Position numbers and translations under genes: made by a program. The notes under the pieces are model-generated. The model saw nothing but the letters and a program-made list of their open reading frames with translations, made no database searches and had not been told where the DNA came from. Shown here piece by piece: positions 43,180 to 57,289 of a DNA stretch of 64,000 nucleotides (positions within the stretch are counted from its first letter, which is position 1; the number at the start of each line of letters is the position of its first letter). This DNA comes from the human T2T-CHM13v2.0 reference genome, Homo sapiens. The DNA is taken from the NCBI RefSeq assembly GCF_009914755.1, contig NC_060929.1; one strand, 5' to 3'.

Positions 43180-43960
43180 TTAGAAGCACATTGCAACCTC
43201 TTCTCTAGATGAACTCAACTATCTGATTTCTGCATATTTCTCAGTCCATGACTGCTGCTGAAGAATGTCATGCAAGAAAACAAACATAATATTTTAAGAC
43301 AATGATCACCATTGGAAACTGGGTTTTCAATTGTGCCTGACATAACTTTTTCAATCTCTACAATCCTCTAATTTCTGACACTCTCTTCTCCCTTCTCACT
43401 TCTCTCTCTCTGCAGATGACTTTGCTACTGCAACACAGAGAAAATATAAGTCTTTATATTCATAGTCTTTCAACTACCTGGCACTAAATCAATATACCTG
43501 TCTCCATTTACAACTATTATCTTTCTCCCTGATCCTGTCAAGATGATCTTACTCTTTGTTGTAGGCTACTTTCCTCCTCTGACTTCAGAATTAGTTCTCA
43601 CCTGACATTAAGAGGAAATTTACATTGTTACCAATTTCTCTACTGAAAATCCAACTTTTTATTTCCACGTAGATGCTTCCCATCGTGGTTTCCATGAACT
43701 TTATTGTCTCAATGATTGTCATTTTAGATCTATAACTCTTTTTCTGAGCTTTGGGTCTATATAAGCCAAATTTCTGCTCAACAGAGCAACCATATCCCCA
43801 CCTTAATTGGACAAGTCTCTCCAGAAAATAAATCTCCTATTTCCTGTTGTGTTAAATGAAGAATAATTACTAAGGTATTCAGTAATGACAAAGAATCTGG
43901 GAATTTAACTGTTCTTGATATGGAATTTCAAATTACACACTTGTTTTTTTTGGAAGCCAA
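43180..43960 (+). mobile_element. L2 fragment
   Basis: CT-rich L2-like sequence (CTCTCTGCAGATGACTTTGC..CACAGAGAAAAT). Diverged. Confidence 0.45.
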
Positions 43961-44539
43961 ACCCACCTCCAGCATTTTATTCCCACACATGATAAGCTTG
44001 TCCAAGGTGTGTGTGGTTTGGATGACTTTATATTTTGTTAGCTTTCCTCTTCCCTCTACATATGGACACTATGTTTTGTCAAAAGGAAATGTGTACACTG
44101 GATGCTTGTTAAAAATAGCAAGGAAGACTATTCAGGACTATAGCAATGGGGGAATAATATAGCTATAGTAGAGAGAGATTGAACTAAAATTTCTCCCAGC
44201 ATGGAGCTGGAAATTTATAAGCAAAGAGCTGAGTGAGTGAGTCAGTGGATAGAAACTAATTAGATATTAAGGGTGGCGGGGGGTGGGGTGGTGGGGAGCA
44301 GGGTTCTTGCTAAAACTGCATTATTGCTAAAGGCATGCCAAAGTGATAAGATATCAAGGGCGAAGTGATTCTCAGTGAACTGGCTTAGCAGGAGTCTTTG
44401 CTAAAACTGGGCCTGAGAAGAGGGACTAGAGAAGAATGATTAAACTTTGGTCAAGATGGGAATCTGTCAGTTTTGGCCTTCTCTAATCTATGTGGTTACG
44501 CTGCTCAAGAGCTTGCTAATATGTATTCAAGAAGGCTAG

Positions 44540-44930
44540 TGTATTAGCTTGTTCTCACACTGCTGCTATAAAGAAACACTTGAGATGGGGTAATTTATAA
44601 AGCAAAGAAGTTTAATTGGCTCACAGTTCTGCAGGCTGAACAGGAAGCATAGCAGCATCTGCTTCTGGGGAGGCTAAAGGGAGATTTTACTCAGGGCAGA
44701 AGGCAAAGTGGAAGCACGAATCTTGCAAGGCAGAAGCAGGACTGAGACGAAGAGAAAAGGTGCCACACACTTTCACCAACCATATCTCATGAGGATGCTA
44801 TCATGATACAGCATCAAAGGGGGAAATCTGCCCCCATGATCCAGTCACCTCCCACAAGACCCCACCTCCAACATTGGGGATTACAATTCAGCATGAGATT
44901 TGGTAAGGGACACAGATCCAAATCATATCA
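44540..44930 (-). mobile_element. MSTA/B solo LTR
   Basis: TGTATTAG through CAGATCCAAATCATATCA, perfect 5-bp TSD GCTAG. Confidence 0.9.
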
Positions 44931-44962
44931 GCTAGTAATAAAGTGTATTAAGATTTAGGAGT

Positions 44963-45342
44963 TGATAGGGTTTGGCTGTGTCCCCACTCAAAATCTCATG
45001 GTGAATTGTAAACCCCATAATCCCCACATGTCAAGGGAGAGACCAGGTGGAGGTAATTGAATCATGGAGGTGGTTTCTCCCAAGCTGTTCTCATGATAGT
45101 GAGTGAGTTCTCTCTCGAGATCTAATGGTTTTACAACTGTTCGGCAAGTTCCTCCTTCCATCCTTCTTTTTCCTGCCATTTTGTGAAGAAAGTGCCTGCC
45201 TCCCTTTCACCTTCCACTACAATTGTAAGTTTCCTGAGGCCTCCCCAGTCATAGGGAACTGTGAGTCAATTAAACCTCTTTCTTTTATAAATTACTCAGT
45301 CTCAGGTATTTGCATATAGGAATGTGAGAAAGGACTAATACA
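44963..45342 (+). mobile_element. THE1 (C/D) solo LTR
   Basis: TGATAGGGTTTGGCTGTGTCCCCAC..GAGTCAATTAAACCTCTTT..GACTAATACA, TSD GGAGT/GGAAT. Confidence 0.9.
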
Positions 45343-46634
45343 GGAATCTTCAAGGACATCCCATCCAAATTAAAAGTTGTGTATCACTTGCTTCTTTGAC
45401 CTCATCTATTGTATTAATTACATTTATATATATATATACACACACACACACATATGCACACATATATATATCAACTTTACTAAATGGTCTCTACATTCTC
45501 AGTTTTATTGTTTCATTAGGAAAAGAAATTGGCTGGGATATTGGTAACAGTATATTTCTGCTTATGCTATAATACCCAAGTTGAAACACTTGATAGAAAT
45601 TGATTGATGCTTGTTACCTGATGTTTTAAAATAAGGGCTAAATAGTTATATATCTCAGTATTATCGTTATCCTGGATGTGACAGGGTACAGATGTGACAA
45701 TGCACGTTTTTATATTGTGTTCTACTGGTGATTCAAATAACTAAGGTATTGCCATTAGCAACATAATTTTTGTAAATATTGAAAGACTCTTGGAAGTTTC
45801 TACAATAAAAAGTCTTTTTCTCTTCAATTTACATAGTGGTTGCATTCTGAAAAATTTAGTTTGTATTAAGCCATTCAAAGTATTTACATGTAAAATATTC
45901 ATTTCTTGACTAAATAATTACAGATGATCACTTACGTGGCTATCCATTGGGGCATTTGATGGGAATATTTTTTATAATGTAGGATTGCAGGATATCTAGT
46001 ATTGTTTGTCCTCACATTGGAAATACAATTACTGCCTTCTGATCGTTTTGACAATGGAGACACTCAAGCATTTCTAAACAGAAAAAGCTGGTACAAGCAC
46101 ACTTGAAGCACAATACATCTGAAAGGCACATGAAGAGTTCAATAAAATGTTTAACAACTGAAAAGACTGCAGAAATAAATTTAATTATTCTGTCTATACT
46201 AAAATCCAAATATAAATTATATTAGAGTTGCAGCTATTTAATACGCTATTTCAGCATTCACATGCTATTTTCATTTTCTATTCAGATGTTTTTTCCACTG
46301 CCAGACACTTTCTAACAAGTCCTTCAAACCCTCTTTATAATAACTTATGAAAATATTTGTTACATTATGCTCAATGATTTCCTCAATTAAAATGATATAT
46401 AAAATAAGAACAAGTGAGAGGAAAAAAACATAGTTTGTGCATCTGTTTTGTGATAAATATAGTAGTTAGATCTACTTTATATAAATTTTCTCATTAAACC
46501 CACATCAAACTTTTTCTCCTGTATTTTTTAAATGGAAAATGTGAGGTTGATAGGAGTTAATTAACTCTACTAATAGCTGACAGTAATGAAACTATCATTA
46601 CTGAGAACTATAGTTGGTTTTTACAATTATTTCA

Positions 46635-46949
<315 letters not shown>

Positions 46950-47301
46950 AATCTGTATCTTTTAAGTGTGAAATGCTTTCAGAAAAATATTTCAACCAAA
47001 AGGGAGAAATGTGGAAGTTGTGAGCACCAAAATGGAGTCACTTACATCAAACCATAAAAAAATGAAGCTGGGAGGCCATGAAAGAGCGGCCTTCATGTAC
47101 ATATGTCTATAATAAGAACTGCTGCAATGGTTCTCTCAAAAACCACAAAAATGTTAGATATGATAATTCTATGAAGACATCTCTCCAGCAACAGCCAATA
47201 TTATCAACGAGTATTTGCCAACTCTTGTAATAAGCTTCTCTGGCCCATGAGGTTTATTACAAAACTTACATAAAATTTCTCTTTTAAGATTTTTGCCTTC
47301 C

Positions 47302-47675
47302 TGATATGGTTTAGATTTGTGTCCCCACCCAAATCTCATGTCGAATTGTAATCCCCAATGTTGGAGGAGGGGCTTGGTGAGAGGCGATTGGATCATGGGG
47401 GTGGATTTCCTCCTTGCTGTTCTTGTGATAGTGAGTTCTCATGAGACCTGGTTGTTGAAAAGTGTGTGGTATCTCCCCTTTGCCCTCTTCCCCCTGCTTC
47501 GGCCATGTAAGACATGCCTCCTTCCTTTTTGCCTTCTGCCATCATTGTAAGTTTCCTGAGGCCTTCTCCAATCATGTTTCCTGTACAGCCTATGAAATCA
47601 TGAGTCAATTAAACCTCTTTTCTTTATAAATTACCAAGTCTCAGGTAGTTCTTTGTGCTAGAACAAACTAATACA
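47302..47675 (+). mobile_element. MSTA-like solo LTR inserted into the ERV1 upstream LTR
   Basis: TGATATGGTTTAGATTTGTGTCCCCACCCAAATCTCATG through AACTAATACA. Confidence 0.9.
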
Positions 47676-49891
47676 GTCCCTCAGCTTCTTTGGTGCCTAA
47701 GGTCCACCATAGCATGTGTATTTCAAATTGCAATTTACTGCTATTTCCTGAATACACTCTTTATTTTAGAGAGTCAGTATCTCTGTTGTTTAAGTTGACA
47801 TAATCTAATGTCAGAAGCAAGATGCAAAGGCTCCAAGCCTTCTTTGGACTGGTGATACTTGAAATTGTGTATGATACTCACCTGAGCCCATTGTGATCTT
47901 CACTTGTACAAGTTGTCTTTATGCTGCGAGATAAGTCCTCTCTTGGTTTGAGCTCCCACCTTTTCAGTGAACTCTTACATTTTGGGGGATCTGCTCTTGT
48001 AAAGGACATCCTTTCTGGTGAGTATTCTTTTGGTTTAATTTTTGGTTTGGTTATTTGTGCATGAATTTAATCTCATTAGGAAACAAGTTAAGTTGAATAG
48101 ACCAACTAGTGAACTAAATCAGTCTCCAAAATATATGTTTTTGGCATTTATCTGTTTATTTTGAAACTCTTTGTAAGAAATGTAAACCTGTAATGATAAT
48201 CTCTGCTTTGTAAGGATATCTCCCTCTCTGACACCTAAAACACTAGATGCTTTCACAAAGCAAAAGGAAGAGACCTAAATCTATCTATCTGTGTAAACCC
48301 ACCCTTGACCATTTCATTTCGAATGCTTCCTATATATGCTTTTTTTCATCTCAACAAATAGTGGTGTTTAAGTTCTGTACCTTTGAGATTCAAATTTTCT
48401 ACATTCCTTCACCTAAAAATCATCTCTTTGGAAGTACAAATTTTGGGTGGCCTAACTTAACACTTATCTATGGGCCAATTGAACAGATCATTAAAAGACA
48501 GATAGTCTGAAAGAGGGAGTAAAACTATTTGCAAGCCAGGCAAATAACAATTCTTAATGCAAGTTGTAAGTTCTTCCTCTGTCTGTATTTTTCTACGTGT
48601 GTGTGTCTGTGTGTGTATGTATAATTTTTTTCTACCAAAATTCATAAACCGCTCTACTTAATTGGCTTACAGAGAAAACATAAGTGTTTAAACTAAGAAT
48701 TCTCTCAGAAAAACAGAAACTCAATTGCCTTTTGGCTTATGTGATGAAATAATCTTTGGCAGATAAAGCTAGTTTTAAAATTTGTTGGGAAAATAAAAAC
48801 AAATATTTTCAGAATTGTCAGCATTAATTACAATGTACAGATACAGTTTTTAAACCTAAAGTTACTGGTGAAACAAGCTTGCTATTACTGAGATGTATAA
48901 TGAATGTCTTAAAGCTATAAATCCACTCATAGTTGTGTTTAAGGAGGAACTGAAGCACAATTGTTAAGAACAAGTGAATTAGGTGAATATAAATTGACAA
49001 AAGGTTTATAATAAAGTTGTCAGAATTTCAAAAATAATTTAGTGTGACTTGAAATCTTAAAATCATGTTATTTAAATTAAGTAACACTTTACTGATTTAA
49101 TATTTGAGTCATTTCTAAGGAAAATACTGAAATATCAATTGCTTAACAGAAGTTTAAAATATACGTAATTTGGCATCTTGGTTTCACATGTTATGGAAAA
49201 GCTAAACATATTTGGGCCTGTTAATTAAAGGCATAAAAATTATTTTATGAGATGGTGTTCATCTGCAAAATACTAACATGATGCACTTCAAAATGCTTAC
49301 TAATTTTCACTAGAAATTAAGGTTACTAAGAGTTAATTAAAATTAATATTAGAGTAATTTAAACTAGAAATAATGAAGGGAAACAAATCTGTATGTGAGG
49401 GAAGGAAAACACATAAAGAAAGTTATAAGTAAGAGGTTGTGTTTTTGTTAAGGGAAAAAGAGAGTATTTTTTGTCTAAAAGTAGAATGTCTTATTGTTCC
49501 AAAAAGAAAAAGAGAAAAAATATAGACAAAAACTGAATAAGATAACTGGATGACAAATTTATAGAAAGTTTGTGGAAGATTAATCTTGTGAAAAGAATTT
49601 TATGTGTGACCAAGTTGGCTAAAGTTAAAAGGAAATTATTTATAAATATTTCTGAAAACTTGAGCATTATTATCAAAAGTACAGGAATGGAAAACTTGAA
49701 ATTTGTCCCCTGTGCTAAAACAACAAGGTTTTCTTTGAGTATTGACCTGCTTTTAATAGAAAATAGTGAAATGTTTTCTCTACCTTTTAGATAACTGGCC
49801 TAATAAACCACGATTTTTTGTTTATCAAGGTAATTTCTTATGCTTTATGCTCTCTTTTATTAGGCCTTTGATTACTTGAGAAAAGTGAGTG

Positions 49892-51510
49892 AGGTGGGGC
49901 CAAGATGGTTGACTAGAAGCAGCTAGTGTGTGCCACTCTCACAAATAGCAGAAAGAGTGGTGAGGTGAGTAGACACTAGCTCTTCAACCGGAACATCCAG
50001 GTGGACACATAAGGATTCATCAGTGACATAGTGTGACCTTCGGATCACGGAGAAGAGTGAGACAGATCAACCATTCACCCAGGAGTGGCACAGACCCAGG
50101 GGAATCCCCCTACAAGAAAATGGTCAGTGAGTGAGAGTCCTGTGGGATGCATATTCTGCCACGAACCTTTGAATCCCTGGGCTCAGGAGATACCCCAACT
50201 GGGGTCTCCAGACCAAAACAGAGAGCCATGTGGAGTCTGGGTAGAGCTGCTTCTTAGGTAGGTGTGGAGTCCCAGTAGCATTTGTTCCCTGGGTACCCCA
50301 AAACCAGGGGCTGCAGCTCCAGCAATTGGGAAGGCCAAGTTTTCTTGCATGCTCCCCAGAAAAGGGGCCAAGTCCATGGGGCTGAGCAGTGATAGACTGC
50401 AGACCTCACCACCACTGAACCTTGTAGGATAAGTCCCACTAGCCTGGGATGCTAGTGAGGCCACACTAGTCCTCCTGAGTTCTCCAGCTGGGAGCAGCTC
50501 TACACTTCTCTGGCATGAAGCTCCCAAAGAGAGAGGCAGTCCACCTTTTTGCTGTCTCGCAACCCTCCCTCCTGCTGCTCTCAGGCTTGGGAGGGTGCAC
50601 AGCAATTAGGGACTATCACAGAACCCCAGCACAGTGCATTTGGTGAACTTAAAAAAATCAACAAGTGAAAAACAAACAATCCCATTTAAACGTACACAAA
50701 GTACATGAATGGACACTTTCAAAGGAGGGCATACATGTGGCCAGAAAGCATATGACAAAATGCTCAACATCACTAATCATTAGAGAAATGCAAATCAAAA
50801 TCACAATGAGATACCATCTCACACCAATGAGAATGGCTATTATTAAAAACTCAAAAAATAAGAGATGCTAGTGAGGTTGTGGAGAAAAGGGAATGATTAT
50901 ACAGTGATGGTGGGAATGTAAGGTAGTTCAGCCATTGTGGAAAGCAGTGTGGCAATTTCTCAAAGAACTCAAAGCAGAAGTGCCATTCAACTCATCAATC
51001 CTACTATTGAGTATATACCAAAAGAAATACAAATCATTCTACCATAAAGACACATGCACGTGTATGTTCATTGCAGCACTTTTCACAATAGCAAAGACAT
51101 GGAATCAACCTAAATGCCCATCAGTGGTAGACTGGATGAAGAAAATGTGGTAGATATACAACATGGAATACTATGCAGCCATAAAAAGAATGAGATCATC
51201 TCTTTTCCAGCAACATGAGTGGAGCTGGAGGCCATTATCCTAGAAAACCCAATACCATATGTTCTCACTTATAAGGGGAGCTAAACATTGAGTACATATG
51301 GACACAAATGGAACAACAGACACTAGGGCCTACTTTAGAGTGGAGGGAGGAAGGAGGATGAAAATTTAAAAATTACCTACTGGGTACTATGCTTATTATC
51401 TGGGTTATGAAATAATCTATACACCGAACCCCGTGACACACAATTTATCTATATAAATGCGTCAGTAACCCACATGTGTACCCCTGAACCTAAAATAAAA
51501 GTTAAAAAAA
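49892..51510 (+). mobile_element. L1PA15/16-like element: 5'UTR joined to ORF2 end and 3'UTR
   Basis: Starts GGGGCCAAGATGG, ends CCCTGAACCTAAAATAAAAGTTAAAAAAA, TSD GAGAAAAGT(G/A)AGTG at 49878-49891 and 51511-51524. Confidence 0.85.
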
Positions 51511-54500
51511 GAGAAAAGTAAGTGTTCTCAGTATTAAAAAGCTATGTTTTTGTTGACAATTATGTAAATTTCTACATTTATTTTTTGAAATCTTTTAATT
51601 TTCATTTTGGTTACCTGTTATTGTACTCTGATAAAGTGTTTTAAACTGTTTGATGTTTTTGACAAACTTCCCAAAATAATATTTTAAATTAACTCTTTTT
51701 GCCCTCAAGTTAATTTTGATATTTCTCATTTGGACCCCTGGAAAGATCAAAGAATGTGTATCTCACATTGTAAAGAGATATATTAAACTAATAAGACTTA
51801 CTTGATATATTAAATTATATAGGGAGTATTGTCAAAAACTAAGTGGTACTAAACCTTCTTTAAGTTGTATTTCAGAATGTTATTGATATGTGTTACAAAA
51901 TTATATTAAATTCTTCAAAATCTGATATGTTATCGGTCATAATCTTGGTTATTATTTTCAAGTTTTGTATGCCACAGAAATAAACAAATTTCTTTGTCAA
52001 TTACATTATTATTATAATAAACTCCATGAGATTTTTAACCATGGCCACTCTAAGTCTGTCATCCACAGGGACCGATTGCTTTCATTCTTTTCTAAAAGCA
52101 TTTGCAATCAGCTACAATAAAAAATTGCTTCTTCTCTGAAACTGATGATCCATCAAGGTTTAACCCATATACTCCTCTATATACCTCTACAGCCTCCCCA
52201 AATCAAGTTGATATATTCCCCTAGCAGTCTGTGCAATGGAGACCAACATTAAATTCTTTTAGATTGTTTTAAATTACATTTTTGAACTTCCAGTTTATTA
52301 CATACCAAGAGTTGATTACAACCTCCTTGTTTCATAAGTGGAAGCTATGTTAGGGTTGGATGTGGGTGCCATAATTTCTTCAAGGATCCTGGACAGAGAC
52401 CCACATCAGGATCAGAAACCCTATGATAGCATTGCAGATCTCATGGCTCAATAATCCTTGAAGATTATAATTTTCATCCTACTATCAGTTGGACTTTCTG
52501 TCACTTTTCCTGCATTAAGTCTCCTGGTATCAAACAGAGCTCTGTGGTGTCACTGACTGAGGAATGGAATAGAGATGTCCACAAGGGGTCTTGATATCAT
52601 TACTGCCCAGAGATGTGAAAGGAGAGACCACTTCCTCACCACCCAGCTACTTCACTTCTCTCCCGATATCAGCCCTATAGTTGGACCTAGGCTTTCAGAA
52701 GTGTAAGTGTGCAAACAAGTTTGGGTTGGACTTTAAGAGGACACTTTGTCATAGAAGAAAATCCAGTATCTCTAAGCTGGTTTTCTTTTCAGGAAAACAT
52801 CCTGAGAGACCAGTAAGCAGGGAGATCCTTTTTCTAGTTTGCCTGTAGAGTTAGGAAGACAGTTGATTTTTCAGTCTTTTACAGGATGCTTAAACAAAGC
52901 TGTGTAATTACATAAGGTGAATCTTTATCTTGCCTAAGAAGATAAAGTGGGAATCTTCACTCCGCCAGGGCAAATTTCCAAGGAGCTCATTTATTCCATG
53001 TCTTTCAAACTTTCATGTGATACATTTCTCTTTCACATTGTTGCTGATTTCCAAATAGCTGTCAGCTAGTTTTTTCCTCCCCCTTTCCTATTCTTCACTA
53101 TTTTGATAGCAAAGCTCATAGAATTAGAGGACTTAGAAGATGCTTTGTAAACATTGCCACAAAGGAACTGCTGAAATGATTCACAGGAAGACTGGTCAGT
53201 TGGGAGAAAGATCCTAAAGATGTTACACTGGTTTTCAACAACATGCTTAGAGAATTCTTGAAGCAGATAGGTGTCAACCCAGTGAAAACAACATTTTGAT
53301 TTATTTTTTTTTAAAGTTTATGGTGATTGTGTAGGTTTCTAAAATAAGCAAATATTCAAGTCAAGAGATGTTTTGTTTTTTCTTCTGCCAAGAATGGGGT
53401 TAGGGGAGCAAAGACACAATTTGGGAAAGGATATATGTGCTATTATAGGGATCACCTTTAAGTTTCTGGGAAGGAATGGGCACGGGTGAGTAGGTTGGCT
53501 CAACATTGTCCTGCACTGCTCATTAGGACCTGAGACATGCAAGGGAAATGTGGGTGACATCAGGGCACCCAGGGCACAGCCCCACTAACTGCTGTGCTGA
53601 GTTTCTGTAGCCTGCCATGTTTCCCTTGGTGAAGTAAATGAAGATCAAGGAGTCATTTTATGATGTCCTGGTGCTGAGAATAATAAATGTCTTGTTACAA
53701 ACAGGTGTAACAATAGTTTTTTTCTGGATTATTATCAGGGTGGTCAGCTCTGGATTAAGCCACCCACATCCAATTTGTACAATAATATTGATACATAGGG
53801 CTACACTTATTACTGCTCAAGCATTCTATTTTAATAATTGTGTTTTACTTCTAAAGGTTAAATAAAAGCAAAAAAATGGTGCTAAACTATCAAACTGTTC
53901 CCCTATTTGTTTTCTCCAGCGTATAACATATATACGTATATATTTTATTTTATTGAAGATGCAGTAGGATACCTGCCATTTAAGAAAATAAATAGAAAAT
54001 TTAAAATCCCAACAAATGAGAAAAAGAAATTCAGTACCCAAGAATAGGGCTAGTCCAGCACCACCCCGAAGTAGGCTGTGGTTTATGGAGTGAAGAGCCT
54101 TGCTCCCTTTACATTCGCTCATGCTCCCATACAAGGCTAGCAGTAGAAATGCTTGAATTCTGCTTGGCTTGCCAAGGGGACTCAGGAGTCAACCAAGGGA
54201 ACTATTTGGCTCCACGAGGAATGGACACCTCAGGATGCTTCCTGAACAGGGCCTAGTCAGGAAGTAGCCTGGATGTGTATAGTCATGGTCACCTCATGAA
54301 AATGTGTGGCAGGTGGCTCTCAGGAAAAACACCAAGTCTGGATCATCTGTGTGGCAGCTTTGCCTGGGGAGGTAACAGCTCCAAATTGAAACTGAACTGC
54401 ATCCTACATGCTTTACCAAAGCAGTGATGAGAGTGATCAGTGCATGTGGTGTGAGTGGTAGGTTTAAAAAAAAGGGAATGTTTTACGCTCAGTGTTTCCT

Positions 54501-54654
54501 TTGCCTTTGGGCTACTCAATCTGGACAATAGGTAACCATTCTTTTCAATGAATCAACCCAACTTTGCTGGCTTGGTTTGTGGTTTGTTTCATCCCTAGCT
54601 ATGAGCATGTTTTGGTCTACAAACTTGGCTTGTCTCATAATACATTCCCTTTCT

Positions 54655-55272
54655 GTAATTTTTTAAATTTTTTATTTCCATAGGTTTTTGGAGAACATGA
54701 GGTATTTGGTTACATGAGTAAGTTCTTTAGCGGTGATTTGTGAGATTTTGGTGCACACATCACCCGAGCACTATACACTGAACTCAATTTGTAGTCTTTT
54801 ACCCCTCATGCCTTTCCCACTCTTTCCCTTGAGTCCCCAAAGTCCACTGTATCATTCTTATGCCTTTGCATCTTCATAGCTTAGCTCCCACTTAAGAGTG
54901 AGAACATACAATGTTTGGTTTTCCATTCCTGAGATACTTCACTTAGAATAATAGTCTCCAATCCCATCCAGGTTATTATGAATGCCATTAATTCATTCCT
55001 TTTTATGGCTGAGTAGTATTCCATCACATATATGTATTTATGCATATATATATATACATACATATCGCATACACACACACACACACATAAATATATACCA
55101 CAGTTTATTCACTCATTGATTCACGGGCATTTAGGCTGGTTCCACATTTTTACAATTGCTAATTGTGCTGTTATAAACGTGCATGTGCAAGTATCTTTTT
55201 TGTGTAATGACTTCTTTTCCTCTGGGTAGATAACCAGTAAGATTGCTGGATCGAATGGTAGTTCTACTTTTA
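54655..55272 (-). mobile_element. L1PB1-like 3' end
   Basis: TATTTCCATAGGTTTTTGG..GGTTACATGAGTAAGTTCTTTAG; ORF2 C-terminus MEYYSAIKRNE; internal (TA)n(CA)n. Confidence 0.88.
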
Positions 55273-57289
55273 TGAATTGTCCTTGTTTTTCTTTAAAAGT
55301 TAATACTTTTGATCACTATAGTTTGTTAGTGTTGGATTGTTTCCACTTTGAAATTTCTAAACTTTTTCCCTTCATAATGTTAAAACAAGTTATGTTAGAT
55401 GCCCTTTCAACATGAAAGGTTTGTAGTTAAGATATTACATATATTTTATTGTTTATAATAAAAATCTAGACAAAAGAAGTGCCCAGTGTTAATTATAATA
55501 TTTTACACAGTATCTTTTTTCCCATGATGTGTTAATATCTACAATTTCATTAAATGTTGATGTTATTTTCTATTGAGATTCAGAAGCCTAGGGAGCTATG
55601 TGTTCATTTTGGTTATTTTTGTTGTTATTTCCCTGAAGCAAAAGACTACATGGCCTTCAGTGCAACAACCTCAGTCCAATTCTGAAGTTTATTATACTTG
55701 CTTGTCTCTTGGCTATTTAACTTCTGAGTGCAAATCATTGAACTCCCTAATGAAGTATTGTAGAGAATAAATTAAAATGAATAAAGAAAAATACTTCCTC
55801 TTCAAGGAGGATCATGAAAAGGATTCTAACAAGTATGCTGGAATTTAGATTTCTTATGAGTTTACGATTATACCACTGGACTGGGAAAGAATTTCCAGAA
55901 CTCTAATGAAGAAACGATGGCTTCTTAAAACATCTAACCCAGATCAAGTAGAATAAGTTTAATGAATGGGACTAAACAAACTGATGGCAATATTTTCAAG
56001 TGACTTTCTGTTTAACATTTTGCTGTTTTTTAAAATTTTTTGTTTTCCAGATTTGAGAAAACTTTTAAAAAGCTATCGATAGTATATAGCAATTTGGTAA
56101 AGTACACTTTTATAAATAAAAATGGAAATATTTATTTTTTCTTCCTACCTGAGCCTGCAGTCTTCAGAGAGCTCTTATTGATATTTTTATTTTATGGCAA
56201 CATAGTTATTTGCATAAATTCAATAAAAATCTATTCTCTTTGTAACAGGATAGAATTAGAAACATTGGTTATATTATAAATGGCTTGACTTGAATGTGAT
56301 ATTTGAGACTATGCATAGGATGCCTAGCTTCAAGGATTCCCAAGCTCACAGTGAGTGAATAAACATTTTTACCTCTTGACAGGCCAGGAACCTTCAGATA
56401 TATTGGAGACCTCAAGAAGAGAGAAATTCATGCAAATTTTTAGATACTGCAGCCAAAGTCTGATGTTCACCCTCCTTTGACTTCTGACCCTTGAAAGGCT
56501 TTTAAAAGTCGAATCTGAGATTTCTTATCAAAAGTTCCATCAAAATAAACTTAAAAACAGCCCATGTTTCATCCCTTTTCTTGCTACACTGTTGTCAATA
56601 ATCATGCCAAGTTTAATGAGACTAAACTTATTCAGCAGACAAATTAGTCTTACTCTGATTATCTTTAGTAGAAATAGGGACGATTGTACAGAGAAAAATT
56701 ATGTTTCTGAAGAAAAACTGCAGTACACCTGTTATTAGATTGTAGTTTTCTTTGTTGTTTTCAAGTTTTTGTCATCTAACTCTAAATTAGACAGGGCACT
56801 TAATTATTCTAATTTCCTCCAACATCTGGCTACGATTCTCCAACTAAGAACATAAACTGCCTTGTTCCTAAAGTCCTATAAGTTGGAGCCAGAAAACTCC
56901 ATGTAAATTTCAAGAGAGAAATCTCATGGCTATTGTGTGGGCTACAAAGAGAATTGACTAAAATGCCCCATGCTATACCCAGGAACATTCAAACTACAAA
57001 CCAGAGTAAGAAGTTGATGACATCACAGTGTGGAAAGCTTTTCCCAAGACACTGTAACAAAACTGGACTCTTATCCTTCTTATTTTTTTTTCTTGCTTAT
57101 GCCTACATTTTTCACTTGGAAGAATAACGCTGTGGTTAGAATTTCACATTCAGTAGCTTCCGTAACTGAATGAAGTTTTGGATCTGTTGTGTCAAACCCA
57201 CATCTTTACATGACCTAAGGGATCCTTTAGTCCACCCAGTGGGTAACTATGGCAACATCCCTAATGACTTATTTGCCACCTTGGGTTTC

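Noticed and set aside
50183-50605. 140-aa minus-strand ORF (ORF0-like?)
   Set aside because: Antisense of an old L1 5'UTR with a non-ATG start; no resemblance to ORF0 that I can see.
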